Assembly (NCBI RefSeq): GCF_006345805.1
Contig: NC_043011.1
Coordinates: forward strand, 27,478,464 to 27,542,463
DNA length: 64,000 nucleotides
Reading direction: 5' to 3'
Source: Octopus sinensis
Lineage: Eukaryota
A program made the translations under genes and the position numbers. Shown piece after piece: positions 28,034 through 40,366 of the stretch; the stretch's first letter is position 1; every line of letters starts with the position of its first letter. The notes under the pieces are model-generated. The model was not told the origin of the DNA and searched no databases. It saw only the letters and a program-made list of their open reading frames with translations.

Positions 28034-28378
28034 CAGGAATTCTCAACCAACTTTTAACTACGGACCCTTCTGATAACAATTTCATTCTGGTGGACTCCCA
28101 TAGCCATTCGGTGTTTGAAAACTAGTTCTATAGATACTTCTTTCAAAATCCCTATTTTGTTTTTCGCACATTAACTTGCATAGGTTGAACTATGAAAAAC
28201 GTTAGACAAAAGAAACCTATTTCTTGCAATAGATACATTGAAATAAAAAACTTTACATGAACACTTAAAATAATACTGTGAATCCTCAATTTGCTATTTT
28301 GCTAGAGCGAACCCTCCTCCCACGCAGAAATCTTATGGAATCCCCAGGGGTCATATGGACCCCAGTTGAAAACCACTG
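28034..28378. mobile_element. hAT-type MITE
   Basis: short TIRs caggaattctcaacc / gttgaaaaccactg; no matching 8-bp TSD seen. Confidence 0.6.
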
Positions 28379-28684
28379 GTTTCAACCGTTCCAATTCCGC
28401 ATTTCTCACTGCCCACTAATAAAATTTATCGTGTAGAAGCTCCTCCCTTTCCCTCTTGCTTTCCTAGAAACACTTGGCCCGGGAAATATTTACTGCTGTT
28501 CATTGCCGAAAGCACCTGATGGTTCCAAATTCTTGAAAAATTCGGCTGATACCTAGATCCGTTCCTCACATAACAGCTGTTAGACATACACCCACGAATC
28601 GATAACGTTCGGACATAGTGCATCCCGAACATCGTTGTCACTCTGCACATATAACAATAGCTATTGAGGTAGAATGGCTCCTGA

Positions 28685-29286
28685 TCTTAACTGATTGGAA
28701 GTGTTATCATGTACATTGTTTTGTCCTGGCATAAAAGATTGGCTAACAGCAAATATTTTGCTCAATACCACAGATTTGGTTGTCAGTTGCTTGACCTTAA
28801 CCAGTTGAGCATGTCCCTTAGTGGCTGACGATACGTGCATCTCTGATCACGAACAGAAGTAGTTGGGGAGCATCATAGCTATGTGTTGAGAAGAATTATT
28901 TGCGATTTGAATAATTCACCTTCGGAAACATTAGTGTTTCGTTCAACATCCTTAAACAATAATTATTCAGGGACCTTTTGAGTGGGATGAGTTACTCGAC
29001 CTGAAGAAAATTCTAATTGGACCCCACCTACGAGTTCATGCGCTGCTTATCTCAATATGAGATCACCATGTCACGCACACATGGTTGTGATGCATGTACC
29101 TAGTGTGCCCTTATCAGACAGGTAGTCACGATGGGTATACTGGGCTTTGTATATGTTACCCCAGTATCACTTTGATGGCATGCACTGCTCTCTCACTCAA
29201 TAATAATAATAATGATAATAACAATAATAATAACAATAATAATAATAATAACAACAACAACAACAACAACAATAATAATAATAATA
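28685..29286 (+). mobile_element. non-LTR retroposon 3' segment ending in (AAT)n
   Basis: non-coding segment ending gcactgctctctcactc followed by (AAT/AAC)n; recognised as an abundant octopus repeat from memory only. Confidence 0.5.
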
Positions 29287-30053
29287 CTTTCTACAATAGG
29301 CACAAGGCCTGACATTTTTTGGGTGGGGGACTAGTCGATTACATCGACCTCAGTGTTTCATTGGTACTTAATTTATAGACCTCGAAAGGATGAAAGGCAA
29401 AATCGATCTAGGCGGAATTTGAACTTAGAACTTAGCGTCACATGAAATACCTATTTCTTTACTACCCACAGGGGGCTAAACACAGAGAGAATGAACAAGG
29501 ACAGACAAACGGATGAAGTCGATTATATCGACCCCAGTGCGTAACTGGTACTTATTTAATCGACCCCGAAAGGATGAAAGGCAAAGTCGACCTCGGCGGA
29601 ATTTGAACTCAGAACGTAACGGCAGACGAAATACCTACTTCTTTACTACCCACAAGGGGCTAAACACAGAGAGGACAAACAAGGATAGACAAACGGATTA
29701 AGTCGATTATATATCGGCCCCAGTGCGTAACTGGTACTTATTTAATCGACCCCGAAAGGATGAAAAGCAAAGTCGACCTCGGCGGAATTTGATCTCAGAA
29801 CGGAACGGCAGACGAAATACCTATTTCTTTATTACCCACAAGGGGCTAAATATAGAGGGGACAAACATGGACAGACATAGGTATTAAGTCGATTATATCG
29901 ACCCCAGTGCGTAACTGGTACTTAATTTATCGACCCCGAAAGGATGAAAGGCAAAGTCGAACCCGGCGGAGTTTGAACTCAGAACATACCGGCAGACGAA
30001 ATACCGTTAGGCATTTCGCCCGTCGTGCCAATAATTCGGTCAGCTCGCTGCCT
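29287..30053 (-). mobile_element. SINE family C array (3 units) ending in a family E-type unit
   Basis: junctions gaaatacc|ta(t/c)ttc at 29452, 29636, 29822. Confidence 0.9.
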
Positions 30054-30064
30054 TCATATTAATA

Positions 30065-30130
<66 letters not shown>

Positions 30131-31119
30131 TTCAAATATTGGCAGCCGGCCAGCAGTTTTAAAGAGAGAGTATACAATTCGCTTCTATCGATGCCATTAA
30201 TTGACTGTTACTTTATATCGTCGACTTTGGACTGACGAAACGCAAGAGTGACCTCGACGAGGATCGAACTCTGAATGCAAGATGCTCGAACAAATAGTAG
30301 AAATAATTTTTTATGACACTAATGAGTCTGGCAAAATATTCCTACACTTACTAATGACAATAAGGCCATGAATGATAAAGATGCTAATGAAATCATTTGG
30401 TCAATAAATAACAATGATGATGATGATGATGATGGTGGTGGTACGCGAGATGATGATAATGATCACTATTATCAACACTACTATCCCCAAAAGCCGTCAT
30501 GCCTATGATCCTGATTCCGATTCTGATACTGTTGATGTTGATATCGGCCCTTTGATACGATAATACTGTGATGGTATAACGCTGTGATACTGGTCGCTGA
30601 ATAAACATATGATAAAATACAAAATATACTTTTGTCTTATACACATTTGCTGCAATTTCTTTGTTGCTGTAGTTGTCATTGTTTTTATTTCAATGTGAAA
30701 TAACACGAGAAAAACAAAAACCAAAATAAAATATGATGGAAAAAATCTGTTAGTCACAAAAGGTTAAGTCAACAAACCCGTTAACAGACGTGTGTAGACA
30801 ATGAAGCAAGTCTACCGTAATAGGTCGCGAGGTGACATCATTTTCGTTTCTTTATTGCTTTGTTATTTTCATAATATCTTCAGCTGTTGTCATCGCTGTT
30901 GTTTCTGATCATAATGATGATGATGATGATGATGTTGAGGAAGGGGAGTAGAGGGAGGAATAAGGTGATAATGGCGAGGATGTGACCGGCACAGACAGGA
31001 AGATGTAAAAGAGAAAGGCAAGTTGGTCGAAATTGTTTGCTGGTCGGTCAAAATGTCTATCGGCATTTCTTCTGGTTTTATGCTCTCAGTGAATATCTCG
31101 CCGATGTGAAATTTGTCGG

Positions 31120-31197
<78 letters not shown>

Positions 31198-31279
31198 AGT
31201 ATATGTCTATATGTACTTACATATACGTGCGTGTGTGTGTGTATATATGTATATAATACACACACACACACACATACAC

Positions 31280-31368
<89 letters not shown>

Positions 31369-31370
<2 letters not shown>

Positions 31371-31505
31371 TGGAGGCGCAATGTCCCATTGGTTAGAGCG
31401 GCGGACTCACGGTCGTAGGTCTCGATTCGCAGACCGGGCGTTGTGAGTGTTTATTGATTGAACGAAAACACCTAATTCTCCACGTGGCTCCGGCAGATGG
31501 TGGTA
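31369..31505 (+). mobile_element. truncated SINE head D
   Basis: match to the 7551 head. Confidence 0.75.
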
Positions 31506-31511
31506 AATTTC

Positions 31512-31578
<67 letters not shown>

Positions 31579-31599
31579 GAAATTTACAGAAAAGCAAAA

Positions 31600-31715
31600 G
31601 GCTAAGAGAGGTGTATAATCAACATGCAGGTGTGTTAGTTTGACGGTGATAAAGTATTTTACGTTTCAAGCCTACGCTCTTCAACAGCAAGGAACACGAG
31701 TAAATTAACAGAGAC
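31600..31715 (-). mobile_element. solo PLE pseudo-LTR fragment, same family as 25408
   Basis: minus strand ctgttga a gagc gtag gctt gaaa cg ta (31655-31690). Confidence 0.5.
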
Positions 31716-31719
31716 AGAA

Positions 31720-31818
<99 letters not shown>

Positions 31819-32164
31819 TTAATCCTTCCCACGGATAAACCTTACTTGCTTTCCCCTTTACACCATATATCATAACACTGTGATACACGACCCTATTGAT
31901 CGTTCTTTTTTCCTCTTCCCCTTTTTTGTCCCCTTTTTTCTTCTTTTTTCATTTCTCTTTCCTTTTGTTCCTTTTCCTTTTCCTTTTTTTTTTGTTCTTT
32001 TCTTCCCTTTTACGATCCCTCTTGATCGAAAACCTACGCCACCCCTTTTTTTTTCTTTTGTTTTTTGTTCTCTTCATCCCCCAAAAGAAAAGCTCTACCT
32101 TGTAACTTGTCCCATCTGTGTGCAGCCCTGTGTGGCCAATAAAGAAACTTATCTATTTAATCCT

Positions 32165-32657
32165 TTTTTTTGGGGGGGGGGCTGTAATCGTCTATATTAT
32201 TGATTCTGTTATCATTTTGAAATTGTTGCACGAGATAATAATAGAGTCAATGATACCTTCACAAGTTACTTTTTCGTGAATTATTTGCTCCGTATCGAAA
32301 TTATTTTTACACTGGTGGCTGCCACGATTTCGGCGCAAAACGAATCAGATGCAACATAGGCATCAATACGACGAGTTGGGGCTCTCGATCATAGTATAGC
32401 GTGCTGAGGAAGGTGAGGCTATTATACCAGTCCAGAAACCGGTCCATGTGAATCCAAATACTTAAATGTATGCTGAGAGATTGTCTTGGTCCGTTTGCCT
32501 TCGGACGGTTGATTTCTGTAGATATTATCAGTGTATTTTGGCGATTTAAATAAGAGTTTTGCCTGTTATTTCCAGCAGGTAGACATACTTAGCATGCCCT
32601 TTGAATAAATTATTATATAACATATTGCCTATGGGTCAAAACTATTGCACCACCCTG
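32165..32657. mobile_element. rearranged relics: MITE TIR, HHR-like motif, Tc1-type end
   Basis: 32165-32294 matches the TIR of the 50789 MITE; 32490-32595 matches its interior; ends gcaccaccctg|TA. Confidence 0.5.
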
Positions 32658-33720
32658 TATATATATATATATACACACATATATAAATCTAGTATGCATG
32701 CACGTGTGTGCGTGTATGCGGTGCGTCTTTGTGTGCATGTGTGTGTGAGTCAGTGTGCGCATGCGCTCGTGTGGCGTGTCTCTGTGGGTGGCTGTATTTG
32801 TATATTCGTATATCGGAATAAAGCAACATAAAAACTGAACGATGATCATGATGATTACTTTAAAAAGAAAATCACGTATTCAGAATAAATAAAAAAAAGT
32901 CTATGAATGTGAGTATCAACGTTGCTGCTGTGTTTACTGGGAGAAAATTGGAAAAAATAAAATAAATATCTCGTTGGTATTAGCATAAAACTAATAATTA
33001 ATTACATGCACACATACAACAAACATACAGAAACGCATGCACATTCTTATACATACATGTATGCTCGGGTATACGCACATGTATATATATGCATGGAGAT
33101 ACACACACATATATGTACTCAATTATTCTATTATTGACAGAGATATTTGTATGTGTGCGTATATTTATGTACGTATATATATATATATGTGTGTATACAC
33201 ACGCACACACAGAGGAATATGTCTGTGAATAATTGAGTATCTTAATGATTCCAAAAATATAGATATATGCAAATATACGTGCTTGTGCAAATATGTGTCA
33301 ATCTGTTATCAATGGTACGATAAAATAAAATAGAAAAAAACCTATAAAATCATATAAATAATATCACCTAATTAGATGTCCACCCCCAAACATTCGAATG
33401 TGTGTATTGAATTTCCGAGCTCATTATACTGAAAGGCCAACTGACGTGTCAGTTTACCAAAGATACGTATAGATTTTACACACATTTATCTGAACAATCA
33501 TATGCTATTACATTGATGTAATATGAAAATGTTAATGTCAATGCAAGCAAGATCACTCTGGTGTATTTTGATATTCAATGAAATATCTCTTCATTTTCAT
33601 TAATAACACCTTCCGAATTTTATGTTCATACTAACATATTCATTATTATATTGTTTACATCAATTTGATAATATACATACATGCATAAGTATAGACATAC
33701 ACGCACACACACACACACAC

Positions 33721-33765
<45 letters not shown>

Positions 33766-33906
33766 ATATATACGTATATAGATATATATATAAATATATC
33801 TATGTACGTGTATAAATATATGTATATATATGTGTATATATGTATATATATATATATATTATATGTACATACATACATAAATTTTCCCCCACATATATAT
33901 ATATAA

Positions 33907-34180
33907 GTGAAAGGAAAACCCAACAGAATGAAAAACTGTACTCAACACATACGATGCCAACAGTTAAAAAATGCGGACCACCTAATTGTGGTACATTCCC
34001 ATACCTAACTGAAGGCTCGAAATTCCCATTCTAGCGAGGAGAAACAATTTCAAGACCAAATTCACATGTGCCTCCCAGAACCTAATTTATGTCCTTATCT
34101 GCTCAGGTTGTGGCAACAATTCTGTGAGCCAAACGAGCCTTACTTTGAGACGCAGAGTTACGCTGCATAAAGAACATATT
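33907..34180 (+). pseudogene. older PLE GIY-YIG relic, N-terminal half
   Basis: TVKKCGPPNCGTFPYLTEGS...FTCASQNLIYVLICSGC...LRRRVTLHKEHI, with stop and frameshift. Confidence 0.8.
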
Positions 34181-34184
34181 ATAT

Positions 34185-34238
<54 letters not shown>

Positions 34239-34334
34239 TATATATAGCAAGGAAAAATTGTAAAAATGCAGAATGCTAAATCGAAAAAAATTTTTTATGA
34301 AATGAGAAATTGATAAAATATATAAATATATATT

Positions 34335-34376
34335 TATTCACACCGGTTTTCGTCATAATGGGACTTATCAAGAATA
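34335..34376 (-). ncRNA. minimal type I hammerhead motif, U16.1 position mutated
   Basis: tattc ttgataa gtc ccattat gac gaaa accggt gt gaata. Confidence 0.5.
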
Positions 34377-35040
34377 GTTAGGTAAAAACATTTTTTTAAA
34401 GTAAGAAAGGGGAAAAAAGAAAATTGCATTGTTTTTTGCAAAAGAATAATAATAAATATGTACAAAAATTAAAAAATAAGTACTCCGATACATTGTGAAT
34501 TCTTTGTGTATCTTGAGTTTAATGATTGTTCACGAAAAAATTACCTTGAAGTATTAGGATCCAATGGGATTAAGACCATGTGTTATTTAGTTTAATTAAG
34601 GATGTTGGCAAAACAGGAAGTAGTAGTAATTGTAGTTCTTCAGTTCCTGTGTTGTGAATAAGGGGAGACAACTCTTTTGAGTTCTTCAATTTGTGTTTTA
34701 CAAATTTTTTGTAATAAAGGTTGTTAATAAACCTTAAATTATAAAATTATCATTTTGGCTTCATTTGCATTATCTTTTTTATATAATTGTTTGTTAACTT
34801 AACATTCAGATTTTAACACTTTATTTATATTATTTTCTAATTATATAAATTTGCATAGACCAATTTATAATTACATTTCAGATTGTTATGTCATATATAG
34901 TAAAAATGATAGTAATAACAACAATAGTAAAAATGATATTTAAAGAATATAAGTTTTAGCTTTAAGTGATGAATGCATGGTATCCTTATATATTTGTGTT
35001 AGTCCATCCATGAAGAATGAGGTAGAAAAAGGAAGTATGA

Positions 35041-35829
35041 TCAACGAGGAGTTTGCATATTAAGTTGTGTTTTGAATTTTTCTATAAAGAGATTCTTCTT
35101 GTTAATTCTCTCCTGTGTGGTGATCCCGTCTTTACATTGGTAGAAGGGGAATATGTAGAATTTGGGATTTAAGTCTTTAGCGCATGAGTCTATGTGGTCA
35201 CTCAGTGGAATTTGTCGGTATTCCGGGAGATTTATTTGTTCTTTATGCACCGCTACTCGTTTACGTAACGGGAGACTCGTTTGTCCAACATAATTATGTT
35301 GGCAACCAGCGCATGTGAGAACGTAGATAAGGTTCTCGGAAGAACAGGAGAAGTTAGTCTTGATTTTAAACTTCGTTCCTTGTTTGAAGGTAAATTCAGA
35401 GCCTTCAAGTAGGAAGGGGCAGGTGCCACAGTTTGGGCGTGCACATTTTTTTACTGCTGGGGGTGGATGTGGTGTGAGAAGTTTGGCTTTTGTCAAGAGT
35501 TTTTTTAAAGATTTGTGTTGCCTTTTTTAAAGATTTTGTGTGTATTTATAATGTTTTTCATTTTTGGGTCTGTTGACAGTAGACTGAGGTTTTGTATGAT
35601 TGTGGTGTATGCTTCAATATTTTTGGGGTTGTGGGTGGAAATGTATGGAAGTATTTTGGGTTGTGTGTGGTGTTAGGTTGGGTGGTTTTCAGTGTAATGT
35701 TGTCTAGTTCTTTGGCGCGTTTTATTCCATACTCTATAAGGGTGGAGGGATATTGGCGTTGTAATAGTGTTTTTTTGAGGTCTTGAAGGCGTATTTCTCG
35801 TGTTTTTGGATCCGAGACAATGGTGCATA
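35041..35829 (-). pseudogene. PLE2 RT thumb + GIY-YIG endonuclease (frameshifted)
   Basis: CTIVSDPKTREIRLQDLKK...; KKCARPNCGTC...NLIYVLTCAGCQHNYVGQT..LRKRVAVH. Confidence 0.9.
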
Positions 35830-35967
35830 CAAGATACACAAAGAATTCACAATGTATCGGAGTACTTATTTTTTAATTTTTGTACATATTTATTATTATT
35901 CTTTTGCAAACAACAATGCAATTTTCTTTTTCCCCTTTCTCACTTTAAAAAAATGTTTTTACCTAAC

Positions 35968-36009
35968 TATTCTTGATAAGTCCCATTATGACGAAAACCG
36001 GTTTGAATA
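35968..36009 (+). ncRNA. minimal type I hammerhead motif (U3-A8 variant)
   Basis: tattc ttgataa gtc ccattat gac gaaa a ccgg t t t gaata. Confidence 0.7.
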
Positions 36010-36156
36010 AATATATATTTATATATTTTATCAATTTATCATTTCATAAAAATTTTCTTTCAATTTAGCATTCTACATTTTTACAATTTTTCCTGCTTAT
36101 CATTTCTCGACGTGCGGTCATCACAACCCCACCATTTATTGATCTATATATATATA

Positions 36157-36447
<291 letters not shown>

Positions 36448-36934
36448 ACAAACTTGACCACCTACACATTCCTATTTCAAAATCAAATTTCTTTACCACT
36501 ATTCAAAAATGCTGAGGAGGTAGTTGTCCCGCTTGGCACCTATTGCCTTCCTTTATCCACTCCCTCCATTCATTCTTGCTTTTCAAGAAATCCAAAATGT
36601 CGTGATGCCTTTGTCTCAAGGAATGATTACATAACAATGTCCCTTGAAAGGCTAATTTAAATAGCGTAAACTGGTTGGATATCACTACATTTTATGAAAC
36701 TTTTACCATCCATAAAATATGTATATATACTTTTTTTTATAAAAATATATTAAAACTATGTAAAATGAAGGCATTTCTCTTCTCCTTTTTATATATGTTT
36801 TCTACATATTTTACTATATGTATATACATATATATGTATGTATCTATGTATGTATATATTCTGTATGTATATATGAAGTGTAAAGCCCGGGGTTGCGATA
36901 GGTGAATTTTCTCACTGCTCTTTTCTATATTTTT

Positions 36935-37150
36935 TTCTCTGTTACTTGCTTCAGTCATTTGACTGCAGCCATGCTGAGGCACCGACTTGAAAGCTTTTAA
37001 TCGAGCAAATCGGTTACGACTTGGTTTTGGAAGCCTAGTACTTATTCAATCGGCTTCTTTTTGCTGAACCGTTAATTTATGGGGAAGTAAAAATACCAAC
37101 ACCGGTTTTCAAGCAGTAGTTACATAAACACGCACACACGCACACAGACA
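36935..37150 (-). mobile_element. SINE family B 3' part
   Basis: ttacttgcttcagtcatttgactgc motif. Confidence 0.7.
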
Positions 37151-37169
37151 CCCCGAACACATATATTTA

Positions 37170-37210
<41 letters not shown>

Positions 37211-37215
<5 letters not shown>

Positions 37216-37377
37216 CAATCCAAACTTGAACAAGAAAGAAAACGTGAGGACGTGGAATAAGTACAGTGTTATTGAATGCTCACGAAAGTAAAGACAAGAA
37301 AGAGGATTTCATGTTTTGAGCAGAGCTCTTCATCAGAAATCTAGAAAAAGTTCAAAGAAGTGAAGATGGAGAAAGAA
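37211..37377 (-). mobile_element. solo PLE pseudo-LTR fragment with degenerate HHR
   Basis: minus strand gattt ctgatga a gagc tct gctc aaaa catg aaatc (37305-37341); (TA)n on both flanks. Confidence 0.55.
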
Positions 37378-37440
37378 TATATATATATATATATGAAAAA
37401 ACAAGTCAAAAATAGAAAATGCTAAGATGATTTTATAGTG

Positions 37441-37493
37441 AATCTTTCAGTACCGGTTTCGGTCATTTTGAGACCTTTTCAACTGTAACGATT
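37441..37493 (-). ncRNA. minimal type I hammerhead motif (U3-A8), PLE1 3' pLTR
   Basis: aatcgttacag ttgaaaa ggtc tcaaaat gacc gaaa ccgg ta ctgaaagatt. Confidence 0.75.
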
Positions 37494-38038
37494 AAATAAT
37501 TAAATTTAGAAAAATTTAGAAAAATTAGAAGAAAGGTTTTTTTAAAGGAATACTTCCATAGTAGTGTTCAGATATAGGTGGCATTCTGCCTTTCTCTGAC
37601 TCCCTTGTTTGCACTTGTGTATTCGAGGTCGTTGTGAGTTCTTGAGGGGGTGGGAGAGGGAAAATCTGGGCTGGTCAGTGGCGACCGGCAGTCGCTGCGT
37701 AGGCGTTATACTTAAAGACATTAGTGACAAGGTTAAGGGGTCGAAGGGGAGAAGTAGAAGAAGAAGAAGAAGAAGATGACGGTGCCGATGATGATGACGA
37801 TGAAGAAGAAGAAGGAGAAGGAGAAGATGACGATGATGATGGTGGTGATGACGACGACGACGATGATGATGATAATGATGATGATGAAGAAGGAGAGGAA
37901 GAAGAAGAAAAAAAAACAGAGAAGGGAGAATATGAATGGGTGAAGATATAGCTGTGATGGGGCGATTAGTAATGGATTCTATGGAATGTAATATTTGTGT
38001 GTGTATATATATTTCTTTTATTCTTAAGTTGAGGTATA

Positions 38039-40366
38039 TTAATTGTTTGTCGTAGACCCGTTAAGAAGTGGCCTGTATTTTATAATAAAGAGATTTTCTT
38101 TACTTATTCGTTGTCTCGAGGTTGTATCGTCCCTAAATTGGTAGAGGGGGAAAATTCTGAAGTTTGGTGTTTTTTGTTGGCGCAAGTATCTATGTGTTGG
38201 CTAAAAGCTATTTTTCTGTTTTGGGGAATTTTTATCTGGGATCTGTGCAGGGCCATTCGTTTACGCAAACCATTTTTTGTTTGGCCTATGTACTGCTCTT
38301 GACACCCGGAGCAGGTTAGTGAGTATATTAGGTTCTCCGAAGCACATGTGAAGTTGCTTTTCACTGTAAACCGTTGTCCCTGTTTGAAGGAGAACTCAGA
38401 ACCCTCGATTAGATAGTCGCATATCCCGCAATTGGGTCTTCCACATTTTTTTACTGTCGGCTTCTGTGTTGAAGAGTGAATTCGGGCTTGTGTTAGAAGA
38501 TTTTCATGGATCTAGGCTGTCTTTTGCTTTTTATGATCGTGTGTGTTTGGAGGATTGTGTTCATTCTGTGGTCTTTTTTTAGGAGGGGTATGTTGTGGAG
38601 GATGGTGCCGAAGGCTTCGTTATTGAGAGGGTTGTGTGTGGAGATGTATGGTAAGGCTTTTGGTTGTAAGTTTTTCTTTGATTTGGGATGTCTCAGTTCC
38701 TTGATGTTAAGTTGAAGGGCACGTTGAATGCACTTGTCAATAAGTGAAGGTGGATAGTTCCTGGTGATAAGGGTATCTTTTAGTTCTTGTAGTCGTGTGT
38801 CTCTGGTGTTTGCGTTAGAGACTATAGTGCATATCCTTTTTGCTAGATTGAAGGGGATATTCATCCTGGTGTGTCTGGGGTGGCATGAATTGAATGGAAG
38901 ATATTGCTTAGAGTCTGTAGGCTTATAGTATATGTCTGTTTCTATTATATTATTAGCTTTCTTAATGAGGATATCGAGGAAGGGAAGTTGTTGCTGGCTA
39001 TATTCCATCGTGAATTGGATGTTTACGTCCAGCCCGTTTAAAATTTCCTGGAATTCTATGAGTTTTTCTATATTTTTATGCCAAAGAATAAAACAGTCAT
39101 CTAGATATCTCTTCCAGTTGTTTTCTATGTAGATGGAGAAAGGGCTGCCATATCTTTCTAGAACCTTACGATACAGACTGATCTCTAGGTATCCTATGAC
39201 TAGGTTGGCAAAGGAGAGGACCATTCGTGTACCCATCGCAGTCCCCGATTTTTGTCGGTAGAAGTTGTCATTGAAGGCGAAGAAGTTATTTTCCAGGATG
39301 AATTTAACCCCTTCTATCACGAATTCTTTTTTGATGCGGTGTGGTAGTTCGTTGGCGTGATTCGCTAGCCAGAATTGGATTGCCTCTAGTCCTAGGTTGT
39401 GGGGGATATTGGAGTAGAGGTTGACTACATCGAAGGATACCAGTATGGTGTTTTGGTTTATAGTATTCGGTAGGTGAATGAGCATATCTAAGTCGTCCCT
39501 TATATAGCTTTTGACATGTTTGAGGAGTGGTTTTAACAGGGTGTCTAAAAAGTTACTGAGGCGGTGGGTTTCGCATGCGGGACCTGCTATTATGGGTCTC
39601 AATTTGAGGTCATTAGGATTAGGGACTTTAATTATTTTGTCTGTGGCTATCTTGCATGCGTTGCTTATTTTTTCACTTTTGTGGATCTTAGGTATACCGT
39701 AGAATTGGCTAGTTTTACTTGTGAAATTGGTCATATAATCATATTCTTTGTCGGTGAGCCCTGCTTTGTATGGGTTTAATATGGATTTTAGTTCCCTCAT
39801 TATTTTTTGTTGACTGTAGTTTTGTGCCTTTTCATAGTATGTTGTGTCTTCCAGCATAGAAAGAACCAAAGTTATGTAAAAAGTCGTATCCATTAAGACA
39901 ACAGCACTCCCTTTATCGGCCTCTTTGATTGTTATTGTTTTATCTTGTTTTAATTTGTTCAACTCAGCCCATTCTTTTTTGCTGAAGTTTGGTTTGTGTT
40001 TTTGTTTGTGCATATGTTGATATGGGTAATTAGATATGTGGTCACAGAAATCATCAAGTGTTTTGTTCTTACCTTTCGAGGGGTGTAGTTACTCCTATTT
40101 CTGGCTAACGATTCGTCCTCGTTGTATTTATCGTATAGCTCCTCAGTAAGTCTTAATTTTCTGCAGAATTCTGCGATCTCTTCTTTCATTTCGTTGTAGT
40201 TGGGGTGTTGTGGGGTGGGTGTAAACTTGAGTCCTATGGAAAGTATGTTTATTTGGTTTGCTGTTAGTTCCTTGTGAGTTAGATTGATAATTTTTATTAC
40301 TTTTGGTTCCTCCTGCTTGTTTGGTGCTATCTTGTGTCTCTGTGTTTGCGTATTGGGTCTAAAAAA
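38039..40366 (-). CDS. PLE1 ORF2: reverse transcriptase + GIY-YIG endonuclease (three 1-nt deletions in this sequence)
   Basis: INLTHKELT..GLKFTPTP; IKEADKGSAVV; SFDVVNLYSNIP; GTAMGT; WKRYLDDCF; NLIYSLTCSGCQEQYIGQT. Confidence 0.9.

Larger units (their letters stand above)
34247..36144 (-). mobile_element. 5'-truncated PLE (PLE2) with inverted pseudo-LTR
   Basis: RT C-terminus and GIY-YIG on minus; 34247-34515 inverted at 35830-36096 plus a 48-nt tail; (TA)n on both flanks. Confidence 0.92.

Noticed and set aside
29452-30006. Regular ~184-bp repeats resembling a CRISPR or satellite array
   Set aside because: No unique spacers; the units are SINE bodies with a single Pol III head; eukaryotic context.
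33561-33612. Possible old hammerhead on the minus strand (atgaaga gatatt...aatatc aaaa)
   Set aside because: Both core segments are mutated and helix I is not adjacent.
37600-37730. Possible HDV-like ribozyme in the GC-richer pLTR block
   Set aside because: Could not build the nested double pseudoknot by eye.
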